A stretch of DNA of 64,000 bases, taken from the NCBI GenBank assembly GCA_903875225.1, contig CAIQVJ010000041.1:18113-82112 (forward strand), written 5' to 3'. A program made the position numbers and the translations under genes. Source of the stretch: an uncultured Pseudomonadota bacterium (GTDB lineage Bacteria > Myxococcota_A > UBA796 > SXON01). This document shows, one piece after another, positions 21,273 through 30,169 of this stretch; position 1 is the stretch's first letter, and each line of letters starts with the position of its first letter. The notes under the pieces are model-generated. The model did not search any database. It saw only the letters and a list, made by a program, of their open reading frames with translations, and had not been told where the DNA came from.

Positions 21273-21974
21273 ATGCCCCGCATCCTGTTCGTCGAAGACG
21301 AAGAAGACCTGCTCTCCTCGTTGATCGCCTATTTCACGCGCGAGGGCTTCGAGGTGTACCACGCGCGCGGCGGGAAGGCCGCGCTCGAGATCGTGGACTC
21401 CCGGCCCATCGACGTCGCGGTCTGCGACGTGATGCTGCATGAGGGCCCCGAGGGCCCGGACGGCATGGATGGGTTCCAGATCCTCTCCGAGCTGCGCAAG
21501 AAGGGGTTCTCCGGCCCGCTGATCTTCCTCACGGCTCGCACGTTGGAGACCGACAAGCTCCTCGCCTTCGATCTCGGGGCGGACGACTACCTCACCAAGC
21601 CGTTCTCCCTGCTGGAGCTGCGCGCGCGGGTGCAGGCGGTGCTCAAGCGCGCCGGGGGCGCCAAGAGCATCTACAAGTACGGCACCACCGAGGTGGATCT
21701 CGACAACTACCTGATCCGGCACCCCGACGCCGAGGAGCGCTTGTCGAACCGGGAGCAGGATCTGCTGCGCTACCTGATCGAGCACCGCGGCAAGGTCGTG
21801 GATCGCGAGGAGCTCCTCTCCGCGATCTGGAAGTACAGCGCCGGTGTGACCACCCGAACGGTGGACACGCACATCCTGAACGTGCGCAAGAAGCTGCGGG
21901 ACGACGCTGGGAAGCCCAAGTTCATCGAGACCTTCCACGGCATCGGCTACAAGTTCGTGGGGACCGAGAGCTGA
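21273..21974 (+). CDS. OmpR/PhoB-family response regulator
   Basis: Receiver domain (ILFVEDEED, VAVCDVML, LTKPF) and a winged-helix C-terminus (TVDTHILNVRKKL, GIGYKF). The ATG directly follows the kinase stop (TGAATG). Confidence 0.92.
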   Translation: MPRILFVEDEEDLLSSLIAYFTREGFEVYHARGGKAALEIVDSRPIDVAVCDVMLHEGPEGPDGMDGFQILSELRKKGFSGPLIFLTARTLETDKLLAFDLGADDYLTKPFSLLELRARVQAVLKRAGGAKSIYKYGTTEVDLDNYLIRHPDAEERLSNREQDLLRYLIEHRGKVVDREELLSAIWKYSAGVTTRTVDTHILNVRKKLRDDAGKPKFIETFHGIGYKFVGTES

Positions 21975-22804
21975 TGGGCCGAGGGCTGCGGGCGCTCGCA
22001 GTCTCGGGGCTCCTGCTCGGCTCCTCCGTGGCCCGTGCGGGTGCCGAGCGGAGCTGGGAGTCGCTCTATGATGCTCGCCTGGCGCAGGCCCTGGACGGAA
22101 CGCCCGCCGCCGCGGCGATCTACTGCAAGGACGTGCTCGACGACCTGCAGCCCACCGATCCGCTGCTCGGGCGGGCCTGGTACTTCCTCGGGCAGGCCCG
22201 GGCGGAGCAGGGTGACGCCCAGGGCGCGGCGGATGCCTGGGAGCAGGCTGCGAACGCCGCGATTCCGAGCCTGCCCGCGCGCGCCCTGCTGGCCCGGTTC
22301 GACGAGCTCGGCAAGCCGATGGAGGCCCTGCCGCGGGCGTGCACCTTCGACGACAGCCTGTGCGGGCTGCACCGCGTGTGGACCCGAAAAGGGGAGCCGG
22401 TGTTGCTGCCCTCGTCCGAGGGGCGCGTGCTCTCGTGGACCACCGAGGTGAAGGCGTCGTCGTCCGACAGCCGCGGGATCGCCGGCGGCGACGCGCTCGA
22501 AGCCGTGTTCCGAGCCCCTGCGACCGTGCACACCGTATCGTTCCGGGTGCGGGCTTCGGCGATCGTCAGCTACCTCCGCGTGGCCCTGGACGACGGTACG
22601 GGCGCACGTGTGCAGTCCGGGGTCGTGAACGTGCCCACGGACGCGTGGACGGAGGTCGAGCTGCCGGTGGACCAGTTCCGCCCGGCCGAGCAGGGCGGGT
22701 GGTCAGGGAAGGCGCGGCTGTTCCGGGTGGAGGACCTGACCGGCCTCCTGTCCGAGGACCGGGGGCCGAACGAGCTGTGGATCGATGATCTGGAGCTGAG
22801 GTAG
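21974..22804 (+). CDS. Secreted protein with a CBM/CIA30-like beta-sandwich C-terminal region
   Basis: Signal peptide MGRGLRALAVSGLLLGSSVARA. The ATG overlaps the regulator stop by 1 nt. The C-terminus (...LFRVEDLTG...ELWIDDLEL) looks like a carbohydrate-binding-module-type domain, but the match is weak. Confidence 0.7.
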   Translation: MGRGLRALAVSGLLLGSSVARAGAERSWESLYDARLAQALDGTPAAAAIYCKDVLDDLQPTDPLLGRAWYFLGQARAEQGDAQGAADAWEQAANAAIPSLPARALLARFDELGKPMEALPRACTFDDSLCGLHRVWTRKGEPVLLPSSEGRVLSWTTEVKASSSDSRGIAGGDALEAVFRAPATVHTVSFRVRASAIVSYLRVALDDGTGARVQSGVVNVPTDAWTEVELPVDQFRPAEQGGWSGKARLFRVEDLTGLLSEDRGPNELWIDDLELR

Positions 22805-22849
22805 CGTCGCGCCCGGCGCCTCCCGCTTCTTGATAGGCTCGCCGCCCCC

Positions 22850-23950
22850 ATGCCCCTGATCGTCCAGAAATACGGCGGAAGCTCCGTCGCCGACCTCACG
22901 AAGCTGCGGGCGGTGGCTGTGCGTGTGGCCGCGACGAGGGCCACGGGGGCCTCGGTCGTGGTGGTCGTCTCGGCGATGGGGAACACGACCAACGAGCTGC
23001 TGGGCCTGGCGCGCCAGGTGAGCGCCCACCCGGGCCGGCGCGAGCTCGACATGTTGATCAGCGTGGGGGAGCGGGTGAGCATGGCGCTCCTCGCCATGGC
23101 CCTCGGGGAGCTGGGCGTGCCGGCGCGTTCTTTCACGGGCAGCCAGAGCGGCATCGTCACCGACGAGCACCACGCGAACGCCCGGGTGGTGGAGGTGCGG
23201 CCGGACCGCGTGCGCGAGGCGCTCGACCGGGGGGAGGTGGCCATCGTCGCCGGGTTCCAGGGCGTGAGCCGGGCCCGGGAGGTCACGACGCTCGGGCGCG
23301 GGGGGAGCGACACCACCGCCGTCGTGCTGGCAGCCGCGCTGCGGGCGGACGAGTGTGAGATCTGCTCCGACGTGGACGGAATCTGGTCGGCGGACCCGCG
23401 TGCGGTCCCGGGGGCGAGGCGGATCGCCCGGCTCACGGTGGACGAGGCGCTGGCGCTCGCAACCAACGGCGCCAAGGTGCTGTACGAGGAGGCCGTCGCG
23501 TGGGCGAAGCGCGAGGGCGTCACGCTCCGCGCCTGCCAGACCGATGTGTCGGGGGGGGGCACGGTCATCTCGCCGGAGCCCGTGCCTGCCCGGATCGTCG
23601 CGGTCACGGCCGATACGCAGCTCGCCACCTGCGGCCTGGAGCATCTCGGGGATCTTCCCGCGGGCTGCCTTCGTGAGTCGTCTGCGGCGGGCCTGCTCCT
23701 CGACCGCCGCAACCTCCATGCCCCGTTGCCGTTCCTCCAGGATGCAGCCACCGTCGCAGTCGTCGGCAGTCGAGCGGGGGCGGATCCCACGCTCCTGCGC
23801 CGGATCCTGAGCGCGGCGGCGCCTGTCCTGACGTCGTCTGACACATGGCGCAGCGCCGGGGACGCGGTAGTCTTCATGGTGGAACCGACCCACGCCGCGC
23901 GCGTGGAGCGGGCCCTGCACGTCGCGCTGATCGAGAGCCCCCACCCATGA
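22850..23950 (+). CDS. ask: Aspartate kinase
   Basis: [25 protein letters not shown] and LGRGGSDTT motifs of the amino-acid kinase fold, with a short ACT-like C-terminus (366 aa). Confidence 0.9.
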   Translation: MPLIVQKYGGSSVADLTKLRAVAVRVAATRATGASVVVVVSAMGNTTNELLGLARQVSAHPGRRELDMLISVGERVSMALLAMALGELGVPARSFTGSQSGIVTDEHHANARVVEVRPDRVREALDRGEVAIVAGFQGVSRAREVTTLGRGGSDTTAVVLAAALRADECEICSDVDGIWSADPRAVPGARRIARLTVDEALALATNGAKVLYEEAVAWAKREGVTLRACQTDVSGGGTVISPEPVPARIVAVTADTQLATCGLEHLGDLPAGCLRESSAAGLLLDRRNLHAPLPFLQDAATVAVVGSRAGADPTLLRRILSAAAPVLTSSDTWRSAGDAVVFMVEPTHAARVERALHVALIESPHP

Positions 23951-24729
23951 TGCTGCGCCAGTTCCTGAACCCGCCGAACTGGTTCACGTCGGCGAGCCTG
24001 TTTTGCGGGCTCTACGCGATCCTGCTCGCCGGTCAGGCGCAGGGGGACCCGAACTACTTCTACAAGGCCGGGCTGATGATCTTCTACGCCGGGCTGTTCG
24101 ACATGCTCGACGGCCGGGTCGCACGGATGACAGGCACCGGGTCCGCTTTCGGGGTCCAGCTCGACTCGCTCGTCGACATCATCAGCTTCGGCGTCGCTCC
24201 CGCGTGCCTCGTGTACTTCTGGGCGCTGCCGGACGCCGGCCCGTTCGGGCTGTTCGTCTCCGGGTCGCTCATGTTGTGCGGGGCCTTTCGGCTCGCCCGG
24301 TTCAACGTGACCACCGACGGCAAGGCGCACAAGTACAGCCAGGGCCTGACGATCACGATGGGCGGGGGCACTGTCGGAGCGGTCGTGATGTGGCAGGCCG
24401 CCGCGGGTTGGGGCGCGCCCCAGAACCCGGTGCTCACCGTCCTCATGGTGCTCGCCGTCGCGTTCCTCGAGGTCTCCAGCGTGCCATACCGCACGATGAA
24501 GACCTTCAAGCTCTCCCCCCGCACGCTGGCCGGGATGGTCGTGGTGCTTGGTGTGTGCCTCGCGATCGGGGCGGTCTACAACATCTCGACGGTGCTCATG
24601 CTGCTCGGGGTGCTCCATGTCGCGAGCGGTCCGGTCGAGGCGCTCGTCACCTGGCCCGGCAAGCGCCGGGCGAGGCGGAAGCGTATGGAGCGGGGGGAGC
24701 CGGCGCAGGCAAAGAACGAGGACGATTAG
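23947..24729 (+). CDS. pssA: CDP-diacylglycerol--serine O-phosphatidyltransferase (CDP-alcohol phosphatidyltransferase family)
   Basis: Motif [26 protein letters not shown] (D-x2-DG-x2-AR...G-x3-D-x3-D) and multiple TM helices. The ATG overlaps the ask stop (ATGA). Confidence 0.85.
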   Translation: MMLRQFLNPPNWFTSASLFCGLYAILLAGQAQGDPNYFYKAGLMIFYAGLFDMLDGRVARMTGTGSAFGVQLDSLVDIISFGVAPACLVYFWALPDAGPFGLFVSGSLMLCGAFRLARFNVTTDGKAHKYSQGLTITMGGGTVGAVVMWQAAAGWGAPQNPVLTVLMVLAVAFLEVSSVPYRTMKTFKLSPRTLAGMVVVLGVCLAIGAVYNISTVLMLLGVLHVASGPVEALVTWPGKRRARRKRMERGEPAQAKNEDD

Positions 24730-24808
24730 CTCCGGGACAGTCAAAATGCCGACGCCGCGCCGCCCACGCTCGGGATATGGCGGCCGGCCCTTCCTCCGGA
24801 GTATTCCC

Positions 24809-25789
24809 ATGACCGCACCGATTCGCGTCTCTGTCACCGGCGCCGCTGGCAACATTGGCTACGCCCTGCTCTTCCGCCTCGCCGCCGGCGATTGTTACGG
24901 CAAGGACCAGCCGATCATCCTGCAGCTCCTCGAGATCGCGCCCGGGATGAAGGCGCTCGAGGGTGTGGTGATGGAGCTGCTCGACTCGGCGTTCCCGCTG
25001 CTCCACGGCGTCGAGATCTCCGACGATCCGAACAAGGCATTTTCCGGTATCAACCAGGCCTTCCTGGTCGGATCGCGGCCGCGCACGAAGGACATGAACC
25101 GCGCGGACCTGATCTCGGCGAATGGCCCGATCTTCACCGGGCAGGGCCGCGCGCTCAACGACAACGCGGCGGATGACGTCCGCGTCATCGTCGTCGGCAA
25201 CCCGTGCAACACCAACGCGCTCATCGCCGCACACTCGGCTCCGGGCATCCCGAAGGATCGCTTCCACGCGATGACCCGCCTCGACGAGAACCGCGCGAAG
25301 GCGCAGCTCGCGAAGAAGCTGAGCGCGTTGCCCGGCGAGGTCTCGAACCTCGGCATCTGGGGCAACCACTCCGACACGATGTACCCCGATTTCGCGCATG
25401 CCCGGGTTCGCGGCCAGGCCGTCACCGAGCAGGTCGGCCAGGACTGGCTCCAGGGCGACTTCCTCAAGACCGTGGCCACCCGCGGCAAGGCCATCATCGA
25501 GGCCCGTGGCGCCAGTTCGGCCGCCTCGGCCGCCTCGGCGGCGATCGATCACATGTCCACCCTGTGGCACGGCAACGCCAAGGGCGACTTCACGTCGATG
25601 GGCGTGTGGTCCGAGGGCCAGTACGGCGTTCCCAAGGGCCTGATCTTCAGCTTCCCCGTCACCTCCGGCGGTGGCAACTGGAGCATCGTCGAGGGGCTGG
25701 AGCATGACGAGTTCGCGAAGGCGAAGATCGCGGCCACCACCCAGGAGCTCCTCAACGAGCGCGAGACCGTCAAGGATCTCCTGAAGTAG
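24809..25789 (+). CDS. mdh: Malate dehydrogenase (NAD-dependent, LDH/MDH type 2)
   Basis: [10 protein letters not shown] dinucleotide fold, [19 protein letters not shown] and IWGNHS motifs. A GGAG Shine-Dalgarno lies 9 nt upstream of the ATG at 24809. Confidence 0.95.
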   Translation: MTAPIRVSVTGAAGNIGYALLFRLAAGDCYGKDQPIILQLLEIAPGMKALEGVVMELLDSAFPLLHGVEISDDPNKAFSGINQAFLVGSRPRTKDMNRADLISANGPIFTGQGRALNDNAADDVRVIVVGNPCNTNALIAAHSAPGIPKDRFHAMTRLDENRAKAQLAKKLSALPGEVSNLGIWGNHSDTMYPDFAHARVRGQAVTEQVGQDWLQGDFLKTVATRGKAIIEARGASSAASAASAAIDHMSTLWHGNAKGDFTSMGVWSEGQYGVPKGLIFSFPVTSGGGNWSIVEGLEHDEFAKAKIAATTQELLNERETVKDLLK

Positions 25790-25795
25790 ATCCCG

Positions 25796-27532
25796 GTGCA
25801 GCCGCGACCGCCTGCCCAGGCCGCGGCTCCGCGGGGCCCCCGGGGTGAACACGGGGGGCCCAGGGTCGGTGGGTTGATCCTCGGGGTCCACGACGGCACC
25901 CACGACGCGAGCGCTGCCCTGGTCGCTGACGGGCGGCTCGTGGCAGCGTGCGCGGAGGAGCGCTTCACGAGGGTGAAGGGGCAGGGGGGCTGGCCGGGCT
26001 CGAGCATCGTCGCGTGCCTGGAACGCGCTGGCGCCCGTGCAGCGGACGTCGACGTCGTCACGTTTCCGGGGGTGGTGAACCCGAACCCGGGCCTCCGTGC
26101 GCTGCGGGGGGTGCAGGGCCGGTTCCGACTCGACGAGGGCGCGTTCTACGTCGACGTGCCCTCGACCGGTGCCCGGCTCGGTGAGTGGCTCCAGTTCGAC
26201 AGCCCTTTTCCGCGGCTCGCGGGAGACGGATGGCCAGGGCGCGTCCTCCGGGCGCCCCTCCGCGCCGTTCTCACCCGGCAGGCTCGGGCCGCGGGTTTTC
26301 AGGGAGAGGTCCGGGTGGAGGAGCACCACCTCTGCCACGCGGCGAGCGCCTACTGGACCTGCCCGTGGGACGAGGCGCTCGTGGTGATCGCCGACGGCGT
26401 AGGTGACGGTCTCGCGCTCTCGGCCTGGGTCGGGCGGCCCGACGGCCTTCACCGCATCGCGACGATGCCCTACCCCCACTCCTACGGGCTCCTGTTCGCG
26501 ACCTTGACCGCCTTTCTGGGGTTTCGCCCGTTCCGGCACGAAGGGAAGCTGGTGGGGCTCGCGGCCAGGGGGGACCCTTCGCGTATCCGCACGCGGTTCC
26601 CGTTCGAAGGTCCGCCCGAACAGCGACGGTTCACTCAGCACTTCGGCCGCAGGCTACGCCCCTGGCTCACGGGGCTGCAGCAGGAGCTGGACGCAGGCGC
26701 CACACGCGAGGACCTGTGCGCGTGGCTCCAGGTGAACCTGGAGTCTGAGCTGGGCGGTCTCATCCAGCACCTCGCGACCGTCACGGGGCTGCGCCGGTTC
26801 GCGTTGGCGGGCGGCGTCTTCGCCAATGTGCGCTTGAACCAGCGGATCGCGGCGCTCGGCGCCATCTTCGTGCACCCCAACATGGGGGATGGCGGGCTTG
26901 CAGCGGGCGCGGCGCTGGCTCGGGGGGCGCGTCGCGAAGCGCTGGCCCACGCGTTCCTCGGCCCCGAGTGCACCACGACGCTCGGTGCCCCGGTTCCGGA
27001 CGTGGCCCGCGACATCGCGGAGGCCCTCGCTCGGGACCGGCTCGTGGGGCGATGGGAGGGCGCGATGGAGTATGGCCCACGGGCGCTCGGCCACCGTTCG
27101 ATCCTGGCGCCGGCCCACGACCCCGCTGTCACCGTGCGGCTCAACCGCGCGCTCGACCGCAGCGAGTTCATGCCTTTCGCCCCCCTGCTCCTGGCCGAGG
27201 ACGCCGACCGCTGGGTCGACGGGCTCGGGAACTCCCGCGAGGCGGCCCGGTTCATGGCGGTGACCGTCCAGGCCCGCCCCGAGCTGCAGCGCCTCTGCCC
27301 GGCGGTCGTTCACGTCGACGGCTCCCTGCGCCCCCAGCTGGTCGACGACACCACCCCGGTCCTGCAGCGCGCGCTCCGGCTGTACCGCGCACGCACCGGT
27401 GTGCCCGCTGTCATCAACACGAGCTTCAACCTTCACGAAGAACCCATCGTCGCTTCCGCCGAGGACGCCTTGCGTACGGGACGGGCGGCGGGGCTCGACC
27501 TGTTGACGTTCAACGACCGCGTGCTCGACTGA
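25796..27532 (+). CDS. Carbamoyltransferase (NodU/CmcH family)
   Basis: N-terminus ILGVHDGTHDASAALVADGRLVAACAEERFTRVKG and C-terminus NTSFNLHEEPIV are typical of the family. The start may be TTG at 25874 (MILGVHDG) rather than GTG at 25796. Confidence 0.85.
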   Translation: MQPRPPAQAAAPRGPRGEHGGPRVGGLILGVHDGTHDASAALVADGRLVAACAEERFTRVKGQGGWPGSSIVACLERAGARAADVDVVTFPGVVNPNPGLRALRGVQGRFRLDEGAFYVDVPSTGARLGEWLQFDSPFPRLAGDGWPGRVLRAPLRAVLTRQARAAGFQGEVRVEEHHLCHAASAYWTCPWDEALVVIADGVGDGLALSAWVGRPDGLHRIATMPYPHSYGLLFATLTAFLGFRPFRHEGKLVGLAARGDPSRIRTRFPFEGPPEQRRFTQHFGRRLRPWLTGLQQELDAGATREDLCAWLQVNLESELGGLIQHLATVTGLRRFALAGGVFANVRLNQRIAALGAIFVHPNMGDGGLAAGAALARGARREALAHAFLGPECTTTLGAPVPDVARDIAEALARDRLVGRWEGAMEYGPRALGHRSILAPAHDPAVTVRLNRALDRSEFMPFAPLLLAEDADRWVDGLGNSREAARFMAVTVQARPELQRLCPAVVHVDGSLRPQLVDDTTPVLQRALRLYRARTGVPAVINTSFNLHEEPIVASAEDALRTGRAAGLDLLTFNDRVLD

Positions 27533-27574
27533 CATGACCTGACACTTCGGGCCTCCTCCGAAGTAGTATGGGTC

Positions 27575-29092
27575 ATGCCCAGGCTGGCCCTCATCTTCCC
27601 GCGTGTGCGGTACCCGTCGGGTGACTACCCGCTCGGCATCGCGATGCTCGCGGCGATCGTGCGGGAGCGGCTCGGGTGGGAGGTCGTCGTGTGTGACACC
27701 ACGTTCGATCCGCGTCTGGAGCGCATCGGAGAGTTCCTCGACCGGGAGGCGCCTGACTACGTTGGCGTGGGAATCTCCACACTCATGCTGGGAGAAGGCC
27801 TGGCGGCGGCCCGGATGGCCTCGGAGCGTTGTTCTTCGAATGGCGAACCGGTCCGCGTGTTCATGGGTGGGCCCCACGTGACCGTGGCGCCCGAGGCCAT
27901 CCTCGCGGAGCCCTATGTGGACGCGGTGGTGCTCGGTGAAGGTGAGGAGAGCACTGTCGCGCTGCTGGAGAGCTGGGATCGCGGTGATGTCGCTCCGGTG
28001 GCCGGCGTGTGGCGCAAGCTCGGCGGTCAGGTGCAGCGCAGTGAGCGCCGCGCAGCCGTGAGGGTGCTCGACGACCTGCCGCTGCCGGCGTGGGATCTCG
28101 TCGACATGGAGGCCTACATCGCGGCCTGGGGCCAGCTGGACTGCTTTCGGCCGGGGCTGCGCGGGGTGAACATCATCGCCAGCCGCGGCTGTCCGTACGA
28201 GTGTACGTTCTGCCAGCCGGTGCTGGATGTCATGTTCGGGAAGAAGCTCCGGGCGCGCACGCCCGAGCACGTCGTCCGCGAGGTCGTCGAACTGCACAGA
28301 CGCTACCGGATCGAAGGCTTCTGGTTCACGGACGACACCTTCACCACGAACCGTCGGTGGGTGACCGAGTTCTGCCGCCTGCTGACGAGCACGGGCCTGG
28401 AGCTCTACTGGGGCTGCACCACCCGAGCCAACCTCATCGCGCCCGAACTGATGGCGACGATGGCGGGTGCCGGGTTGCGCAGGGTCGGCATCGGGATGGA
28501 GAGCGCCGTGGAGCGGATCCGGGAGGGGGTGTACAAGAAGGCCGTGACCGCCGAGGCGATCACCCACACCGTGGAGGTGGCGCGGGCGCATGGTGTGCAC
28601 ACGCTCCTGTTCCTGATGCTCGGCGCTCCCGGGGAGACGCGGCGGGAGATGCTGCAGACCATCGAGGCGGCCACGCGTCTGCCCGCGGATGAAGCGAGTT
28701 TTTCCCTCTTCGTCCCGATTCCCGGCACCGACCTGCACCAGGATATGCTGGACCGCGGCTACACGATGTCCTCGGACTACACGGACTACGACTACTACGC
28801 GCGCCAGCCGTTCCAACACGAACTCTCGCGGCGCGAGCTTCGACTGATCCAGCGATGGGCCTACCTGCGCTTCTACGCGCATCCGCTGCGCTGGACCTCG
28901 GTGAGCCGCAGTGTGAGCACCCGGGGTGGCGCACGTTCGATGGGCCGGAAGTTGCTTCGCATCGTGCCGCACGGCATGGCACCCCGGCAGCCGGGCGCGG
29001 ATGTCCGCACCTCGGCCGCGGCGCGCATCGTCCGCGAGCGTCCTGTCGGGGTACGGAGCCACGAGGCGGATCTCCTTCACGAGGCTGGGTAG
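27575..29092 (+). CDS. B12-binding-domain radical SAM protein
   Basis: N-terminal cobalamin-binding-like domain (LGIAMLAA..., GVGISTLM) and a radical SAM cluster CPYECTFC (CxxxCxxC). Confidence 0.85.
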   Translation: MPRLALIFPRVRYPSGDYPLGIAMLAAIVRERLGWEVVVCDTTFDPRLERIGEFLDREAPDYVGVGISTLMLGEGLAAARMASERCSSNGEPVRVFMGGPHVTVAPEAILAEPYVDAVVLGEGEESTVALLESWDRGDVAPVAGVWRKLGGQVQRSERRAAVRVLDDLPLPAWDLVDMEAYIAAWGQLDCFRPGLRGVNIIASRGCPYECTFCQPVLDVMFGKKLRARTPEHVVREVVELHRRYRIEGFWFTDDTFTTNRRWVTEFCRLLTSTGLELYWGCTTRANLIAPELMATMAGAGLRRVGIGMESAVERIREGVYKKAVTAEAITHTVEVARAHGVHTLLFLMLGAPGETRREMLQTIEAATRLPADEASFSLFVPIPGTDLHQDMLDRGYTMSSDYTDYDYYARQPFQHELSRRELRLIQRWAYLRFYAHPLRWTSVSRSVSTRGGARSMGRKLLRIVPHGMAPRQPGADVRTSAAARIVRERPVGVRSHEADLLHEAG

Positions 29093-30058
29093 ATGCTACT
29101 CTGGATCGGGCTTTGCAGCGCGGCGACCGTCGCCGTGGTGGACTTCCAGGCGTGGGGCGTGAGCCACGACGATGCGGATCTGGCGACTGAGGGCGTGCGC
29201 GCTGCTCTTCTCAGCGCCGGGGTGCTCGACTCGCTGCCCGGCTCCGACATCTCGGACGGCGTCTCCGCCTCGACCGAGTCGGACCTGCGCTCTGCACGCG
29301 CGCACGCGGCCGAGGCCCGGCGGCTCTACCTGTCCGGGGACTATGCAGGCGCCGTCAGTGCAGCATCCGAGGCAGTCCAGGAGCACGCGACGGCGCTCTC
29401 CGACGTGGGGCGTCGCCCCGAGTTCGCCGACGCCTGGTACACGCTCGGCGTCGCCAACGTGAAGCTGCAGCGCAACATCGACGCGTCCGACGCGTTCCTG
29501 CATGTCGGTGCCTTGTACCCACATTATCTCGAGGAGCGCGCGACGAACGTCCCGCCTGCGGCGACCGCCCTGCTCTCGGCCGCGCAGCGGGAGGCCGCAC
29601 GCCCCCAGATCGACGCCGAGGAGATCGCCCGGGTCCGGTCGCTCTTGCGCGTCGACTGGGTGGTCACCGGCGCCGTGACCGAGGAGGGCGAGATCGTCGC
29701 GCAGGTGTGGGGCCCGGGCACGTCGGGCGAGGTTCGGGTCCGCGCGGAGCTCAAGGGGTACTTCCTGCCCGTCCCGGTGCCCGAGATCAGTGACGTGTAC
29801 GGCAGGATCGCTGCCGACATCGGCCGGAAGGCGGTGCTGGTCCAGAGCGTGGCCGTCCAGGCGGATGTGGATCAGCCCGCTGGCGAGGATGAGCCTGCCG
29901 CACCCCGGCGCCGTCCGATCACATCCCAGTGGTGGTTCTGGGCGGGTGCAGGCGCCATCGCAGGAGGGGGCGTGCTCGTGGGCTACTCCCTGTGGCAGCC
30001 TGACCCCGTGCAGGTCCCCGGCGAGGACACCTGGAGCGTCGAGGTGACGGGATTCTAG
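29093..30058 (+). CDS. Secreted, C-terminally membrane-anchored protein with a TPR-like helical region
   Basis: The ATG immediately follows the radical SAM stop. It has an N-terminal signal-like segment and a C-terminal TM helix WWFWAGAGAIAGGGVLVGYSLW. Confidence 0.7.
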   Translation: MLLWIGLCSAATVAVVDFQAWGVSHDDADLATEGVRAALLSAGVLDSLPGSDISDGVSASTESDLRSARAHAAEARRLYLSGDYAGAVSAASEAVQEHATALSDVGRRPEFADAWYTLGVANVKLQRNIDASDAFLHVGALYPHYLEERATNVPPAATALLSAAQREAARPQIDAEEIARVRSLLRVDWVVTGAVTEEGEIVAQVWGPGTSGEVRVRAELKGYFLPVPVPEISDVYGRIAADIGRKAVLVQSVAVQADVDQPAGEDEPAAPRRRPITSQWWFWAGAGAIAGGGVLVGYSLWQPDPVQVPGEDTWSVEVTGF

Positions 30059-30101
30059 GCAGATCGGATCCCGATCCGGGAATACGACCGGGCCCAGGTT
30101 G

Positions 30102-30130
30102 TTGACAAATTCCCGGTCTCGCCGTAGAAA
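30102..30130 (+). promoter_or_regulatory. Near-consensus sigma-70 promoter (TTGACA-N17-TAGAAA) upstream of the zinc-ribbon/AgmX-type gene
   Basis: TTGACA at 30102-30107, a 17-nt spacer, and TAGAAA at 30125-30130. The ATG is at 30170. Confidence 0.45.
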
Positions 30131-30169
30131 CCTAGGTTGCCCGGCCCATCGGCCGGTCCGAGGAATGGC

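Noticed and set aside
18993-21938. A 981-aa minus-strand ORF opposite the histidine kinase and response regulator genes.
   Set aside because: The plus-strand genes carry complete H/N/G boxes and receiver/winged-helix motifs. The antisense ORF is a high-GC artefact.
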